From Minisyncoccota bacterium (GTDB lineage: Bacteria > Patescibacteriota > Minisyncoccia > Phycocordibacterales > UBA2100), in contig JARLIE010000183.1 of the NCBI GenBank assembly GCA_031291875.1, forward strand, positions 65,356-129,355: a stretch of 64,000 nt of DNA. Reading direction: 5' to 3'. The notes under the pieces were generated by a model. That model saw only the letters and a program-made list of their open reading frames with translations. It did no database searches and was not told the origin of the DNA. Each line of letters opens with the position of its first letter. The first letter of the stretch is position 1. Both the position numbers and the translations under genes were made by a program. Of this stretch, positions 1-10,142 are shown piece by piece.

Positions 1-553
1 CACGGTCCGTGAGCATAAGAAGCGGCCTTGTGTGACCTTCGCTGATTTCGCCGATTTGTAGCGCATCGAGCATTTCTTTGGGTAGCGCGAGGATGCGAAG
101 TGTATTGGAAACGTACTCGCGGCTTTTGCCGACGCGGGCGCCGATCTCCCCGTGTTTTAATCCGAATTCATCGGCAAGGCGTTTGAACGCGTAGGCGCGA
201 TCGACGGGATTTAAATCTTCTCGCTGGAGGTTTTCGATGATCGCGAGCTCAAGCTTCATTCGATCGGAGTCTTCAGAGGTGCGGATCACGACCGGAACCT
301 CACGCAAACCGGCGAGCTTCGAGGCGCGCAATCTTCTTTCTCCCGCAATCAGCTCATATTCTACATAAATACCTTCGCCAGGACGTTCGATTTCCTTGCG
401 AGTGACCGTAAGCGGCTGCAAAACGCCGTAGCTGCGGATCGATTCCGCGAGGGATTGCAGCGCTATTTCGTCGAACACCTTACGCGGCTGGAATGGGTTG
501 GGTTTGATGCGATCAACCTCTACCCAAAAAATAGAGTCTCCGATTGAGGCCAT
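1..553 (-). CDS. parB: ParB/Spo0J chromosome partitioning protein (3' end runs off the window)
   Basis: Hand translation from ATG at 553: MASIGDSIFWVEVDRIKPNPFQPRKVFDE...YELIAGERRLRASKLAG...IIENLQREDLNPVD. Contains the GERRxRA box and ENLQR motif. Not in the ORF track. Confidence 0.93.
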   Translation of the reverse strand, partial: MASIGDSIFWVEVDRIKPNPFQPRKVFDEIALQSLAESIRSYGVLQPLTVTRKEIERPGEGIYVEYELIAGERRLRASKLAGLREVPVVIRTSEDSDRMKLELAIIENLQREDLNPVDRAYAFKRLADEFGLKHGEIGARVGKSREYVSNTLRILALPKEMLDALQIGEISEGHTRPLLMLTDR

Positions 554-625
554 ATTCCCAGTATATCACGCTCATTATTTCGGCAATTTTCGAGGCTGAT
601 TCATGAGAAGCGCGTCAGTGACTGA

Positions 626-3600
626 TTACTTTTCACGTTCGTGCGGCGCTCGGAAGAACAGCACCGGGACCAGCACGAGTGTGAGGCAGATCGCGAAGGA
701 AAGTCCGAACATGACCGAATACGCGAGCGGTCCCCAGGTCGCGTTCGAGGCCACGAGCGGCACCATACCGATAACGGTCGTGATGGTTGTGAGGGCAACT
801 GGGCGCAATCGAGTCGCGGCGCTCTCCACGACGATATCGATGACGGGCTTATTCGGTTCTGCAAGGAGGTGTTTGATCATTGAATCCATAAGAATGATCG
901 CGTGGTTGATGATGACGCCGCCGAGCGCAATGATGCCGAGCAACGAAGTGAACGACACTGGCTGCCCCGTCAGCGCGAGGCCGTCCAAAACGCCGATCAA
1001 CGAGAGCGGCACGATCGAAAGCAGGTAGAGCGTATAGCGAATCGAATTGAACGCCACGATGAGGATCATAAACATGAGGATGAGCCCTGCGATGAGCGCG
1101 ATGAACATTTGCTGGAACGACTGGTTGATGTCCTGTGTCTCGCCGCCATAAGAAACGGTAATGCCGGATGGCAGGTTGAGCTGCGGAAGTTCCTTTTGGA
1201 ATTGTGCGACGACCGCTCCCGTCGTCGTTTTATCGTCCGGGTACGCCGAAACCGTTTCGATGCGCTTTTTATCTTTGTGCGCAATGGCCGCGTTGGAAAC
1301 GCCGAGATTTTCGTCGAGCACCTCTCCCAAAAGCACCGGGCCGGAACTGCCTTGAATTGTCAGATTTTCGATACTGTCGAGCGTCGTTTGATTGGTATTC
1401 GACGGATCGGTGTAGTTGGAATTCAAATTGAGCTTCACGATAACGTCGACGTTCTGGTTGGGCTCTGTGATCGAGGTCGCCTTGGTGCCATTGACTGCCG
1501 CTCGGAGCGTCTGAGCGATCGCCTGTGTCGTGAGGCCAAACGCGGCCGCTTTTGCACGATTGATTGAAAGATCAAGCTCAGTGCCGTTATTCTGTGTTGT
1601 CGACGTGATGTTCGTGACATGCGGAATGGTCGAGAGAAGCTGCTGGCCTCGATCGGCAGCGGTGATGAGATCGTTCAAGTTGTCGCCTTCGAATTGAATC
1701 TGGATCGGCGCTCCCGAAGAAGGACCGTTATTGGCTTGCAGCACTTGCACCGTCGCGTCGGTTACCGGAGCGAGACGTCGTTCAAGATCGCTCGCGATTT
1801 GGGTGCTCGTTTTCGAGCGATGGTCGGGTAGGTTGACCGTGATGTTTGCTTGATTGCTACCCGAAGAGCCGCTACCCGTGAGCGATGAGCTCTCGCCGAC
1901 CGTCGTCTCGAACGACGCAACGTCCGGGTCGCCGTAAAGAATCTCTTCGACCTCGCGCGTTGCAAGATCGGTTTCCTGCAACGTCGTCCCCTGCGGCTTT
2001 TGGATGTTGATGTAGACGTAATCTTGGTCGTCCTGCGGGAAGAACGTTGTTTGGATCAACCCGGTAAACGGAAGTGCGAGCGAGAGGATAAGCAGCACGA
2101 TAAGTGTTCGCAAGAATATCTTTTGCGCACGAGTACTCTCCAGCAGGGCTCGTAGTTTCTCCTGGTACCACAGGGTCACGCGATCGGTGTAGTGTTCCTG
2201 GAGTTTTTCGAGGCGGTTCGGCTGTTTCTTAGTGAAAAGGACGGCGATCAAAGGCACGATGCCGAGCGCGACGAAGATTGACGCGATGAGCACGAAAATG
2301 AGCGTATAGGGAATGCCAGCGATGAATTTGCCAATAATACCCGAGATGAAAAAGAGTGGTGCGAATACCGCGACGGTCGCCATCGTTCCTGCAATCAACG
2401 GCCACGCGTAGTCGTTGAGCGCGGCGCGCGCCGCCTGCATTTTGTCGCCATAGATGCGCATTCTGGCGTGTATCGCCTCAGTAACGACGATGCCGGAGTC
2501 GACAAGGATGCCGACTGCAAGAATAAGCGCGAAGAGCGAAATAAAGTTGAGCGTATTACCTGTCGTGTACAAGCCGATGAACGCGATCAAGAACGAGAGC
2601 GGAATCGCGAGTGCAGCGACCAGCGATTCGCGCCAGCCGATTGTTAGCAGAAGCGCGATGATGACCAACAGGACGGTCTCCATGCCCGTCTTCGTCAGCT
2701 CGCCAAGTTGTTTTGAAACTTGTGCGCCCTGGTCTGTCGATGGCGAAACGAATACGGTAAGGCCGTTTAGCGTGGTTTCCTGCAACTTAGTGATCTCTGC
2801 CTTGACCGCATCGTCAGTGCTCTGGATTTGGGCGGTTGATTGCTTATGAATGGTGAGTGTGACCGCCTGCGCGCTCGGCTTGCCGTTGAGGGAAAGGCGC
2901 GAATAGGTACTGGCAGGAGCGAGGCCGTTGGAAATAGTCGCGATGTCGCGCAAATAGATGACGGCGCCGTTTTGCTGCCCGACGGCCACGTCCGCGATCT
3001 GTGCGGGATCGGTGATACCACCTTGAAAGTTAACGTCGTAATTCACGCTGTCCATCGAGATATTACCGGCCGGCAGCGCGGCATTGCTGGCAGAAATCGC
3101 GGAAATTACGCTCGTGAGACTCAATTTATAGAGCTGGAGCGCCTGTTTGTTGACGATCACGTCTACCTCGCGCGGTGGCACGCCTGCCACGTCGACAGCC
3201 GAAACGCCAGGGACGTTCTGGAGGTCGGTTTGCACGGATTGCGCGAGATCCGAGAGTTGGGTCGGCGGCAAATCGCCCGCGATTGAGACGACAAGAATTG
3301 GCTGATCGCTGATGTTGATCTTCGCGACCTGCGGCGTAGTCGCGTCGGCCGGCAAATTCGGTACGGCTTTCGAAACGGCATCACGAAGATCCTGAATCGA
3401 CTGATTGATATCAGCGTTTGCGGTGAATTGTACGGTGATCTCTGAAACTCCCTGGCTTGAATTCGAAGTGATCGTGTCGATATTGGCGAGACCAGAAATC
3501 TGGTCTTCGAGCTTGTCGGTGACAAGCGTTTCCATATCCTCGGCCGAGGCGCCAGGAAGCGTTGCGGTTACGATGCCGTCCGGGATTTCGATGGAGGGCG

Positions 3601-3712
3601 TGTTCTCTTTGGGCATCTGCCACAGTGCATAGAAGCCCGCCACTACCAAGAATGTGACGAGAACGTAGCTGAACTGTTTGCGATCGAGGAAGAAATTCCA
3701 GAGCCAGAGCAT
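626..3712 (-). CDS. AcrB/AcrD/AcrF-family RND transporter permease
   Basis: 1028 aa with two large extracytoplasmic loops. Motifs GILVDSGIVV and RLRPVALTT match RND permeases. Confidence 0.93.
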   Translation of the reverse strand: MLWLWNFFLDRKQFSYVLVTFLVVAGFYALWQMPKENTPSIEIPDGIVTATLPGASAEDMETLVTDKLEDQISGLANIDTITSNSSQGVSEITVQFTANADINQSIQDLRDAVSKAVPNLPADATTPQVAKINISDQPILVVSIAGDLPPTQLSDLAQSVQTDLQNVPGVSAVDVAGVPPREVDVIVNKQALQLYKLSLTSVISAISASNAALPAGNISMDSVNYDVNFQGGITDPAQIADVAVGQQNGAVIYLRDIATISNGLAPASTYSRLSLNGKPSAQAVTLTIHKQSTAQIQSTDDAVKAEITKLQETTLNGLTVFVSPSTDQGAQVSKQLGELTKTGMETVLLVIIALLLTIGWRESLVAALAIPLSFLIAFIGLYTTGNTLNFISLFALILAVGILVDSGIVVTEAIHARMRIYGDKMQAARAALNDYAWPLIAGTMATVAVFAPLFFISGIIGKFIAGIPYTLIFVLIASIFVALGIVPLIAVLFTKKQPNRLEKLQEHYTDRVTLWYQEKLRALLESTRAQKIFLRTLIVLLILSLALPFTGLIQTTFFPQDDQDYVYINIQKPQGTTLQETDLATREVEEILYGDPDVASFETTVGESSSLTGSGSSGSNQANITVNLPDHRSKTSTQIASDLERRLAPVTDATVQVLQANNGPSSGAPIQIQFEGDNLNDLITAADRGQQLLSTIPHVTNITSTTQNNGTELDLSINRAKAAAFGLTTQAIAQTLRAAVNGTKATSITEPNQNVDVIVKLNLNSNYTDPSNTNQTTLDSIENLTIQGSSGPVLLGEVLDENLGVSNAAIAHKDKKRIETVSAYPDDKTTTGAVVAQFQKELPQLNLPSGITVSYGGETQDINQSFQQMFIALIAGLILMFMILIVAFNSIRYTLYLLSIVPLSLIGVLDGLALTGQPVSFTSLLGIIALGGVIINHAIILMDSMIKHLLAEPNKPVIDIVVESAATRLRPVALTTITTVIGMVPLVASNATWGPLAYSVMFGLSFAICLTLVLVPVLFFRAPHEREK

Positions 3713-3718
3713 ATGGCT

Positions 3719-5332
3719 CTATTGGGAGTCCACGACGATAGTTTCGCCGTCGGAGAGTCCGCGCGCATCGGAAACAATATCCATATCCGGTGTAAGACCA
3801 CTTGTCACCTGGACCTGATCGCCAAGAATGGAGCCAAACACGATCGGCTTCGCGACGAGCGTTGAAGAGCTTACGGTAAAGACGACCGGGCCCGTCGGCG
3901 TTATTTTTGCCGCGACGATTGGGATCGTAATCGCGCTCGAGCTTGCGGTTTGGTTTTGCTGCTGGGCTTGCTCCGCACGGGACAAATCGAGGGTAACCGT
4001 ATCGCCATCCGTGAGCGTGTTTTGACCGCTGGTGATGCCGACTTTTACCTCAATCTCACCCGTTGTCGGATCGATCGCAGGCGCAATAGACGTGACCACG
4101 CCTTGCGCACCGCCCTCGATCGTCGCCTTGCCGCCTACCGCAAGCGTTTTCGCGTCGTCCGGCGTAACGAAAGTATCGATCTCAAGCGCGCCAGGATTCG
4201 AAACTTGCGCGACCTGCGCGAACGATGAAACGAAGTCCCCTCTCGTGACCGGCAAACTTACGATCGTACCTGAGATCGGTGAGCGCACGATGGTTTTTTC
4301 CAAGTTCGCCTTGGCTGCATTCAAAGCACCGAGCGCTTCTTGCACCTGCGCTTGCGCTTGGGCGATGGAATTTTGAGTCCCCGCACCCGCGCTATTGGCA
4401 GCCGTTTGTGACGTAGTTTGCGCCGCGTCGTAAGAATTTTTCGCCGAGGCGATCGCGGCGAGCGCCGCAACGACCTCCGAGCGGCCCGCACCTACTGCGC
4501 TCTGATCTGCGGCGATCGTGGAAGCTGAGATGGTCTGTGACGGTATTGCTTCGTTCGCAGCCTGAACGCAATCGTTGAGGAAAGATGAGACGATTTTCGC
4601 GTCGGCGGTCATTGCGTCGAAACGAGCGTCGATCGACGTACTCGCGCTCGTTTGCGAGATCGCGTCCGAAAGCGTGCCCGTGAGTGAGAAGCGTTCATTC
4701 TGCAAATTCACGGCCAATTGGCTGTCGGGAATAGAAAAAAGAAGCGTCGGTTGTTGCGTCGTGCTTCGGGGATTGGAAAAAAGCTGGTCGGCCTTCGTAT
4801 GCACGGCGTCATCGAGCGACGAATAAGCACTTTGAAGCGAGGCGATTGCCGACGATTCTTCGTTGACAGCGGCTGAAGCTGCTTGTGAGGAGTTGAGCGA
4901 GGAATTTGCGGCCGTTGCACCTTGCGCGTTTTGGAGTGAGGCCACTGCAGCATCGTACGCGCCTTGTGCCTGTTGCACGGCCGCCTGTTCGCTCGCGTTT
5001 GCGAATTCTGCGATAACTTCACCTGCGCCGACGCGATCGCCGATCGCTTTCGAAAGCGAGGTGATTTCGCCAGAGCTTTGCGCCAGAATCGTCGCCTGGT
5101 TGAGGGACGTCACCTTTCCAATGACTGGCAGCGGGCCCGCCTGGGACGAGAGTGTCGCGACAGATTCAAGTTTTACGTGTGGGATCTGGAGCGGCGCGCT
5201 GTCCGTGGCCGACGGTCGCAGCAAATAATGCACGCCAATGGCACCAGCGGCGATAATGATCACCGCTCCCCCGATCGAGTAGAGCCGTGGCAGTGCCAGG
5301 ATATATACAGTAATTTTTTTGATGAAACGCAT
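3719..5332 (-). CDS. RND/HlyD-family membrane fusion (adaptor) protein
   Basis: N-terminal TM, Ala/Gln-rich coiled hairpin, VRSPISGTI lipoyl half-motif. Lies directly upstream of the RND permease. Confidence 0.88.
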   Translation of the reverse strand: MRFIKKITVYILALPRLYSIGGAVIIIAAGAIGVHYLLRPSATDSAPLQIPHVKLESVATLSSQAGPLPVIGKVTSLNQATILAQSSGEITSLSKAIGDRVGAGEVIAEFANASEQAAVQQAQGAYDAAVASLQNAQGATAANSSLNSSQAASAAVNEESSAIASLQSAYSSLDDAVHTKADQLFSNPRSTTQQPTLLFSIPDSQLAVNLQNERFSLTGTLSDAISQTSASTSIDARFDAMTADAKIVSSFLNDCVQAANEAIPSQTISASTIAADQSAVGAGRSEVVAALAAIASAKNSYDAAQTTSQTAANSAGAGTQNSIAQAQAQVQEALGALNAAKANLEKTIVRSPISGTIVSLPVTRGDFVSSFAQVAQVSNPGALEIDTFVTPDDAKTLAVGGKATIEGGAQGVVTSIAPAIDPTTGEIEVKVGITSGQNTLTDGDTVTLDLSRAEQAQQQNQTASSSAITIPIVAAKITPTGPVVFTVSSSTLVAKPIVFGSILGDQVQVTSGLTPDMDIVSDARGLSDGETIVVDSQ

Positions 5333-5417
5333 GCAGATTTCTCACTATCATACGCGATAAATCGCTTTTTTTCTACTCGGCACCTCAAAGACGCGCCTTT
5401 TGCATCGGTGTTTTGAG

Positions 5418-5499
5418 TGCCGGGAGAGGGAATCGAACCCTCACACCTTGCGATACACGATTTTGAGTCGTGCGCGTCTACCAATTCCGCCATCCCGGC
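5418..5499 (-). tRNA. tRNA-Leu(CAA)
   Basis: Reverse complement GCCGGGATGGCGGAATTGGTAGACGCGCACGACTCAAAATCGTG...GGTTCGATTCCCTCTCCCGGCA. Long variable arm. Confidence 0.95.
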
Positions 5500-5603
5500 T
5501 TTTGCCCGCAACCGTTTATAGGGCTCGTTCGAAATAATACGGGTTTTTGGCAAATATTCCACCGCATTTGAGATTAGATGATTTTTGTTGTATATTATTT
5601 TTT

Positions 5604-6017
5604 ATGTTACCGCTGGTCTATACCTTCTACCGTTTCGGTCGAAGCACCTGGAAAACATTCCGTGATCCCGAGTTCGAGGTTCTCGCGACGCTCGCCGTCG
5701 TAGTTCTCGGCATTGGCACGTTTGCCTATCACAGCATCGAAGGCTGGGGCTATATCGATTCGCTCTACTTTAGCGTGACGACACTGACCACCGTCGGCTA
5801 CGGAGACCTTGCGCCGCGCACTGAGCTCGGTCGCCTCTTCACTATCCCCTATATTCTCGTCGGTCTCGGTATCTTACTTGGCTTCGTCAACGCGGTTGCG
5901 ATGCACACGATCGAAGACGGTAAGCGCGAGGGCGTTATCATTCCAAAGCGATTCACCTTGCGCCACAAAGCAACCGGTCAAACGGAAGAAGTAGAAGCGG
6001 TCGACGTTGTATCGTGA
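5604..6017 (+). CDS. Potassium channel (KcsA-like, two TM plus pore)
   Basis: Selectivity filter TTVGYGD. ATG at 5604 preferred as start. GTGA overlap with miaA. Confidence 0.88.
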   Translation: MLPLVYTFYRFGRSTWKTFRDPEFEVLATLAVVVLGIGTFAYHSIEGWGYIDSLYFSVTTLTTVGYGDLAPRTELGRLFTIPYILVGLGILLGFVNAVAMHTIEDGKREGVIIPKRFTLRHKATGQTEEVEAVDVVS

Positions 6018-6919
6018 AAAGGCAAAAGATTCTCGTTATCGTCGGGCCAACCGCTTCCGGCAAAACAGCGCTCGGCATCGAGCTAGCTAAGAAATTCGCA
6101 GGAGAAATAATCTCTGCCGATTCCAGGCAGGTATATCGAGGACTCGATATCGGCACGGGAAAGGTCACGAAGCGCGAAATGCGCGGTGTCCCCCATTACC
6201 TGCTCGACATTGCCTCTCCCAAACGGACAGTCACGGCGCACGAATTCGCGACGAAAGCGAGGCGAGCGATTCGCACGATCGCAGCGAGTGGGTCGCTCCC
6301 CATCATTGTCGGCGGTACGGGCTTCTATATCGATACGCTACTGGGACGCATTTCATTACCGGACGTTCCGCCGAATCCCGCATTTCGCAAACGGCTGCAA
6401 AAGAAGACCGCGGCGCACCTGTATGCCCTGCTAAAAAAGAAAGATCCTCGACGTGCGAAATCCATGGATACTCCGAGCGAACGCAACAACAAAGTGCGGC
6501 TCATTCGAGCCCTCGAAATAGCGGTTGCGGGAAAGCCGAGAGCCGAGCTGCCCAAAGCAGAGTTCGATGTCTTATGGATCGGCATCTCGCCCAAAGAATC
6601 AGCACTCGAGGAGCGCATCATGCGACGCCTGAAGGCAAGGATGAAAATCGGCATGCTTGCGGAAGCTACCCGATTACACAAGCAAGGGCTTTCGTTCAAA
6701 CGAATGGAAGAACTCGGACTTGAGTACCGCGCGCTCGCGCGCTTGCAGCAAAAGAAGATCGATCGCAAGCAATTCGATGAGGAGCTGTTCCGTGAGATCC
6801 GCCGTTACGCCAAGCGCCAAATCGTTTATTGGAAACGAAATACGGAAGTTCACTGGTACGACCCTCGCCAAAAAACGAAAATCGCGAGCAAGGTCGCAAG
6901 CTGGCTGAAAGTAAGCTAA
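6014..6919 (+). CDS. miaA: tRNA dimethylallyltransferase
   Basis: Motifs GPTASGKT, DSRQVYRGLDIGTGK, VGGTGFY, YAKRQ. Confidence 0.96.
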   Translation: MKRQKILVIVGPTASGKTALGIELAKKFAGEIISADSRQVYRGLDIGTGKVTKREMRGVPHYLLDIASPKRTVTAHEFATKARRAIRTIAASGSLPIIVGGTGFYIDTLLGRISLPDVPPNPAFRKRLQKKTAAHLYALLKKKDPRRAKSMDTPSERNNKVRLIRALEIAVAGKPRAELPKAEFDVLWIGISPKESALEERIMRRLKARMKIGMLAEATRLHKQGLSFKRMEELGLEYRALARLQQKKIDRKQFDEELFREIRRYAKRQIVYWKRNTEVHWYDPRQKTKIASKVASWLKVS

Positions 6920-6929
6920 CATTTGCGAC

Positions 6930-8129
6930 ATGGTGAAAATCCTCCGCGGACCATTCGCGTTCGTCACGGCGACGATGTTTCTCAATTTCGCCTGGCTCAG
7001 CATCATCATTCCGGTCATTCCCTATATCGTGCAGCACTATACGACGAACATCGCCCTCTACGTGGGTCTTATTTCGTCAGTCGCTGCCTTTTGCCAATTT
7101 CTTGTCTCTCCCTTTCTGGGATACTTGAGTGACAAATTCGGCCGACGACCCGTCGTACTGCTGAGCTTGCTCGGCGGCGCGGTCGGTTACGTAATGTTTG
7201 GCCTTGGCGGAGCGCTTTGGGTACTCTTTCTCTCGCGGATTATCGACGGCCTTTCGAGCGGCGACACGCCAGCGATGTACGCCTATATCGCCGACGTCTT
7301 ACCGCCCCATGAGCGCGGGCGCTACTATGGCATTTTAGGCGCTGCGGCGGGCTTAGGCTTCATGGCAGGGCCAGCAATCGGCGGGCTTGCCGCGCAAATC
7401 TCGCTCTCTGCGCCATTTTATGTTGCGGCCGCGCTCGCTGTCGCAAATGCGCTTTGGGGTTCGCTCGTCATGCCCGAGAGTCTAAAAGATGTTGACCGCG
7501 TTCACGGATGGAAATGGCAACACATCAATCCTTTTACGCAGTTCCGAAGCATTCTGACCTCGTTTACCCTCCGCGTTCTTTTCGCTGCCTCACTCATCTT
7601 TTTCATCGGTCTTGTGATGCAACAGAGCAACTTCTCCGTCTTCCTCAAAGAAATCATGCACTGGGGTCCAACCCAAATCGGTATCATGCTCACGGTCGTC
7701 GGACTCGTAGACTTTTTCGCTGAGGGCTATCTCAGTGGCAAATTACTCTCTGTTCTTGAAGACATGCTCGTCGTGGGCATCGGCGTCACCCTGACGGCAG
7801 TCGGCATGTTCCTCGTCGGAACAGTCGCGCTCACCGCTTCCGAGGTCGCACTCTATATCGGTATCATCATCTACACGCTCGGCGACGGACTTTTCGAACC
7901 CGCCATGACGGGACTTGTTTCGATGGCCGCCGGACCGCACGAACAAGGGCGCGTACAGGGAGGATTCCAAAGCATCCAATCAATTGCACGTGTTATTGCC
8001 CCGCTGTGCGCGGGCTATCTCTACGAAATGGCGGCATACCTACCCTACTTCAGCAGCATGGTTCTTATGGGCATCACCTTGGTGATTCTCACCTACTTCT
8101 CGAGCAAACTCGTTTTTGAGCGCGCTTAA
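6930..8129 (+). CDS. MFS transporter, TetA/DHA1-like
   Basis: About 12 hydrophobic segments. Motif A GYLSDKFGRRPV and motif C GFMAGPAIGG. Confidence 0.88.
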   Translation: MVKILRGPFAFVTATMFLNFAWLSIIIPVIPYIVQHYTTNIALYVGLISSVAAFCQFLVSPFLGYLSDKFGRRPVVLLSLLGGAVGYVMFGLGGALWVLFLSRIIDGLSSGDTPAMYAYIADVLPPHERGRYYGILGAAAGLGFMAGPAIGGLAAQISLSAPFYVAAALAVANALWGSLVMPESLKDVDRVHGWKWQHINPFTQFRSILTSFTLRVLFAASLIFFIGLVMQQSNFSVFLKEIMHWGPTQIGIMLTVVGLVDFFAEGYLSGKLLSVLEDMLVVGIGVTLTAVGMFLVGTVALTASEVALYIGIIIYTLGDGLFEPAMTGLVSMAAGPHEQGRVQGGFQSIQSIARVIAPLCAGYLYEMAAYLPYFSSMVLMGITLVILTYFSSKLVFERA

Positions 8130-8467
8130 CGAATCAGTAGCGACGCGAAGATTCCTGCGAAACCGAGCCCGAGCCCGATCGTCGCGCCCGCCGTCGGAAA
8201 CTGATGAAACACAAGGTAGGTAATGATCGGTTCCACGATCACGATCGAACCGACCGATATCGCCGTTACGATCCAGATATTTTTCAGCTGTTCGTAGCCA
8301 AGCATGTACCCACCGACGAGGCAGCCGCCGGCCGCCGCAATCAATATGAACATGGTCCAGAATGCGAAAGCCGCTCCCGCTTCCATGTTTTTCGAGGCGA
8401 GTAGTTCGGCGATAATCGAGAATGTTTCGCCGGCAAAAACAAGCACAATCGCGAGAGCGAGATACAT
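8126..8467 (-). CDS. Small four-TM membrane protein (SMR/DMT-like)
   Basis: 113 aa with four hydrophobic helices and a Glu in TM1. Family assignment is tentative. Confidence 0.6.
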   Translation of the reverse strand: MYLALAIVLVFAGETFSIIAELLASKNMEAGAAFAFWTMFILIAAAGGCLVGGYMLGYEQLKNIWIVTAISVGSIVIVEPIITYLVFHQFPTAGATIGLGLGFAGIFASLLIR

Positions 8468-8540
8468 GGCGGGCGCTGAGGGAATCGAACCCCCACTGGC
8501 GGTTTTGGAGACCGCTGTTCTACCACTAAACTAAGCGCCC
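8467..8540 (-). tRNA. tRNA-Trp(CCA)
   Basis: Reverse complement GGGCGCTTAGTTTAGTGGTAGAACAGCGGTCTCCAAAACCGCCAGTGGGGGTTCGATTCCCTCAGCGCCCGCCA. CCA end is encoded. Confidence 0.95.
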
Positions 8541-8771
8541 AACGGGGGCAAGTATACCGTACCAAAAGCACCCTCGCGAGAGTGATCTCGCGGGACGTAT
8601 TTTTGAATAAATGGGTCGAAATTCAATTTTACTGAGCCCCAGAAAAAAGCAGGAAAAGAGCAAAAAAGAGATTGGGCATTGGTTGATCTTTTACGTCGAT
8701 ATAGATTGACAGGTGGAACTATTTAGTGCCTATTTACATCCAGTCGCTCTCTAACATAGGGAACCAAACAC

Positions 8772-10142
8772 ATGGATGAGATTCAAGAGTCTCAAACGCT
8801 TTGCGTACCGGAGATGCTGTTCACCGAAACTTTGCGGGAAGAATTAGAAAAGGCCATGAGCGAATGGCGCATGGTTACCTATGCGATCCACGGCTTCATC
8901 TTCCGCTTTTACCAGGCGGTGGTGCCGCCCGATCTGGCCAAGTTCCTCGAAGACACATTTGCTTTGCATCTCAACACGTTCGTTGAATTCCCCGACCGAT
9001 GGTTTGCGGCGGGTGGCCTAAGTGTTGTCGTGGAGGAAACAAACCATTCGCTTTTCTCGGACGAGGGGAAGGCAACACTCCGTAGGCTCGAAGTGGTGCT
9101 GGGCAACATCAGCCAATGCACCGGCTACGAGTTTCTATTCCACGCGTCCGAGAACGACTTTCTGGCTCCGAAAAAGGCGAATCGGAAGCAGATTCATGTC
9201 ATTCTCGGCGCCGTTCCTCCGGGAAGCTCAGGATACGTGCTGCGCGATAAGCATCCGGAAACCGGAGAATCGTTCATCATGCAGAACGTAGCTCAGACTC
9301 GCGTCAAAGGACCAGCACCGGGCTGGGGGCACATCGTCAACGCCAAAGATGGCAAGCCAATTGCGCAGATTATCGGTCGGAACTTCTATTTGTTCATTCC
9401 GTCCGAGGGAATCGGCATGAATTTGCTGTCTACCGAGGAGGGCGCCGGGCTCTTCGAATTGGCACTTCGCCTTGCGTGGAACACGTACATCGCCGGCGTG
9501 ACAGCTCCGGAAGAAAAAGTGATCGAGAATCAAGATGACGTGAAGAGGTATCTGGCCCTGATTGGCTCGATAGAACCGGGAGACCTTATGGCAAAAAAGA
9601 TAGCACTGGAGGATGAAATCGAAAACCTTCGTAAAAGCTACCAAAAAAAGCTCAACCTCCTGCGTCACTTGAACACACTTTCTATCGACAGTATGCGACG
9701 AGCACGGAAGCTGCTCGAGAATATCGAGCCATGGCAGCCGGTACTGTCGCACCCGCTGCTTGATCAGATGAGCGTCGTCGCGCAAGCACTACACGTGCGG
9801 ACGAAACCGCTCGTATACGACGGTCATCATCTCGGCGCGTACGTCATAAGGTTCGATTGCAACCCCCTGACGGAGCACTGGAAGGTGACGATCTACTGCG
9901 CTGGCGAGTCGCTACACCCAAACAGTATTCCGCACCCACATATCGGTATGAGTGGCAGTATCTGTTTCGGCAATGTAGGACTGATTCTCGACGAAGCACT
10001 CGTCGAACAGCGTATTCCTGATGCCGTTTTGCTTTGCCTGCGATGGCTTGCCGACGGCTACGACGAAAGTGTTGCGCGGTACAAACTCAGCGAATGGCCG
10101 CGCGTCGAAACTTCCCCCAGCGAAACAAAGGAGACGGCATGA
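8772..10142 (+). CDS. Multidomain protein: unknown N-terminal region, coiled coil, C-terminal prokaryotic E2/UBC-like domain
   Basis: HPHIGMSGSICFG has the same His-to-Cys spacing as the E2 motif HPNIxxxGxICL. Coiled-coil segment KIALEDEIENLRKSYQKKL. ATGA-coupled to the E1 gene. Confidence 0.7.
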   Translation: MDEIQESQTLCVPEMLFTETLREELEKAMSEWRMVTYAIHGFIFRFYQAVVPPDLAKFLEDTFALHLNTFVEFPDRWFAAGGLSVVVEETNHSLFSDEGKATLRRLEVVLGNISQCTGYEFLFHASENDFLAPKKANRKQIHVILGAVPPGSSGYVLRDKHPETGESFIMQNVAQTRVKGPAPGWGHIVNAKDGKPIAQIIGRNFYLFIPSEGIGMNLLSTEEGAGLFELALRLAWNTYIAGVTAPEEKVIENQDDVKRYLALIGSIEPGDLMAKKIALEDEIENLRKSYQKKLNLLRHLNTLSIDSMRRARKLLENIEPWQPVLSHPLLDQMSVVAQALHVRTKPLVYDGHHLGAYVIRFDCNPLTEHWKVTIYCAGESLHPNSIPHPHIGMSGSICFGNVGLILDEALVEQRIPDAVLLCLRWLADGYDESVARYKLSEWPRVETSPSETKETA

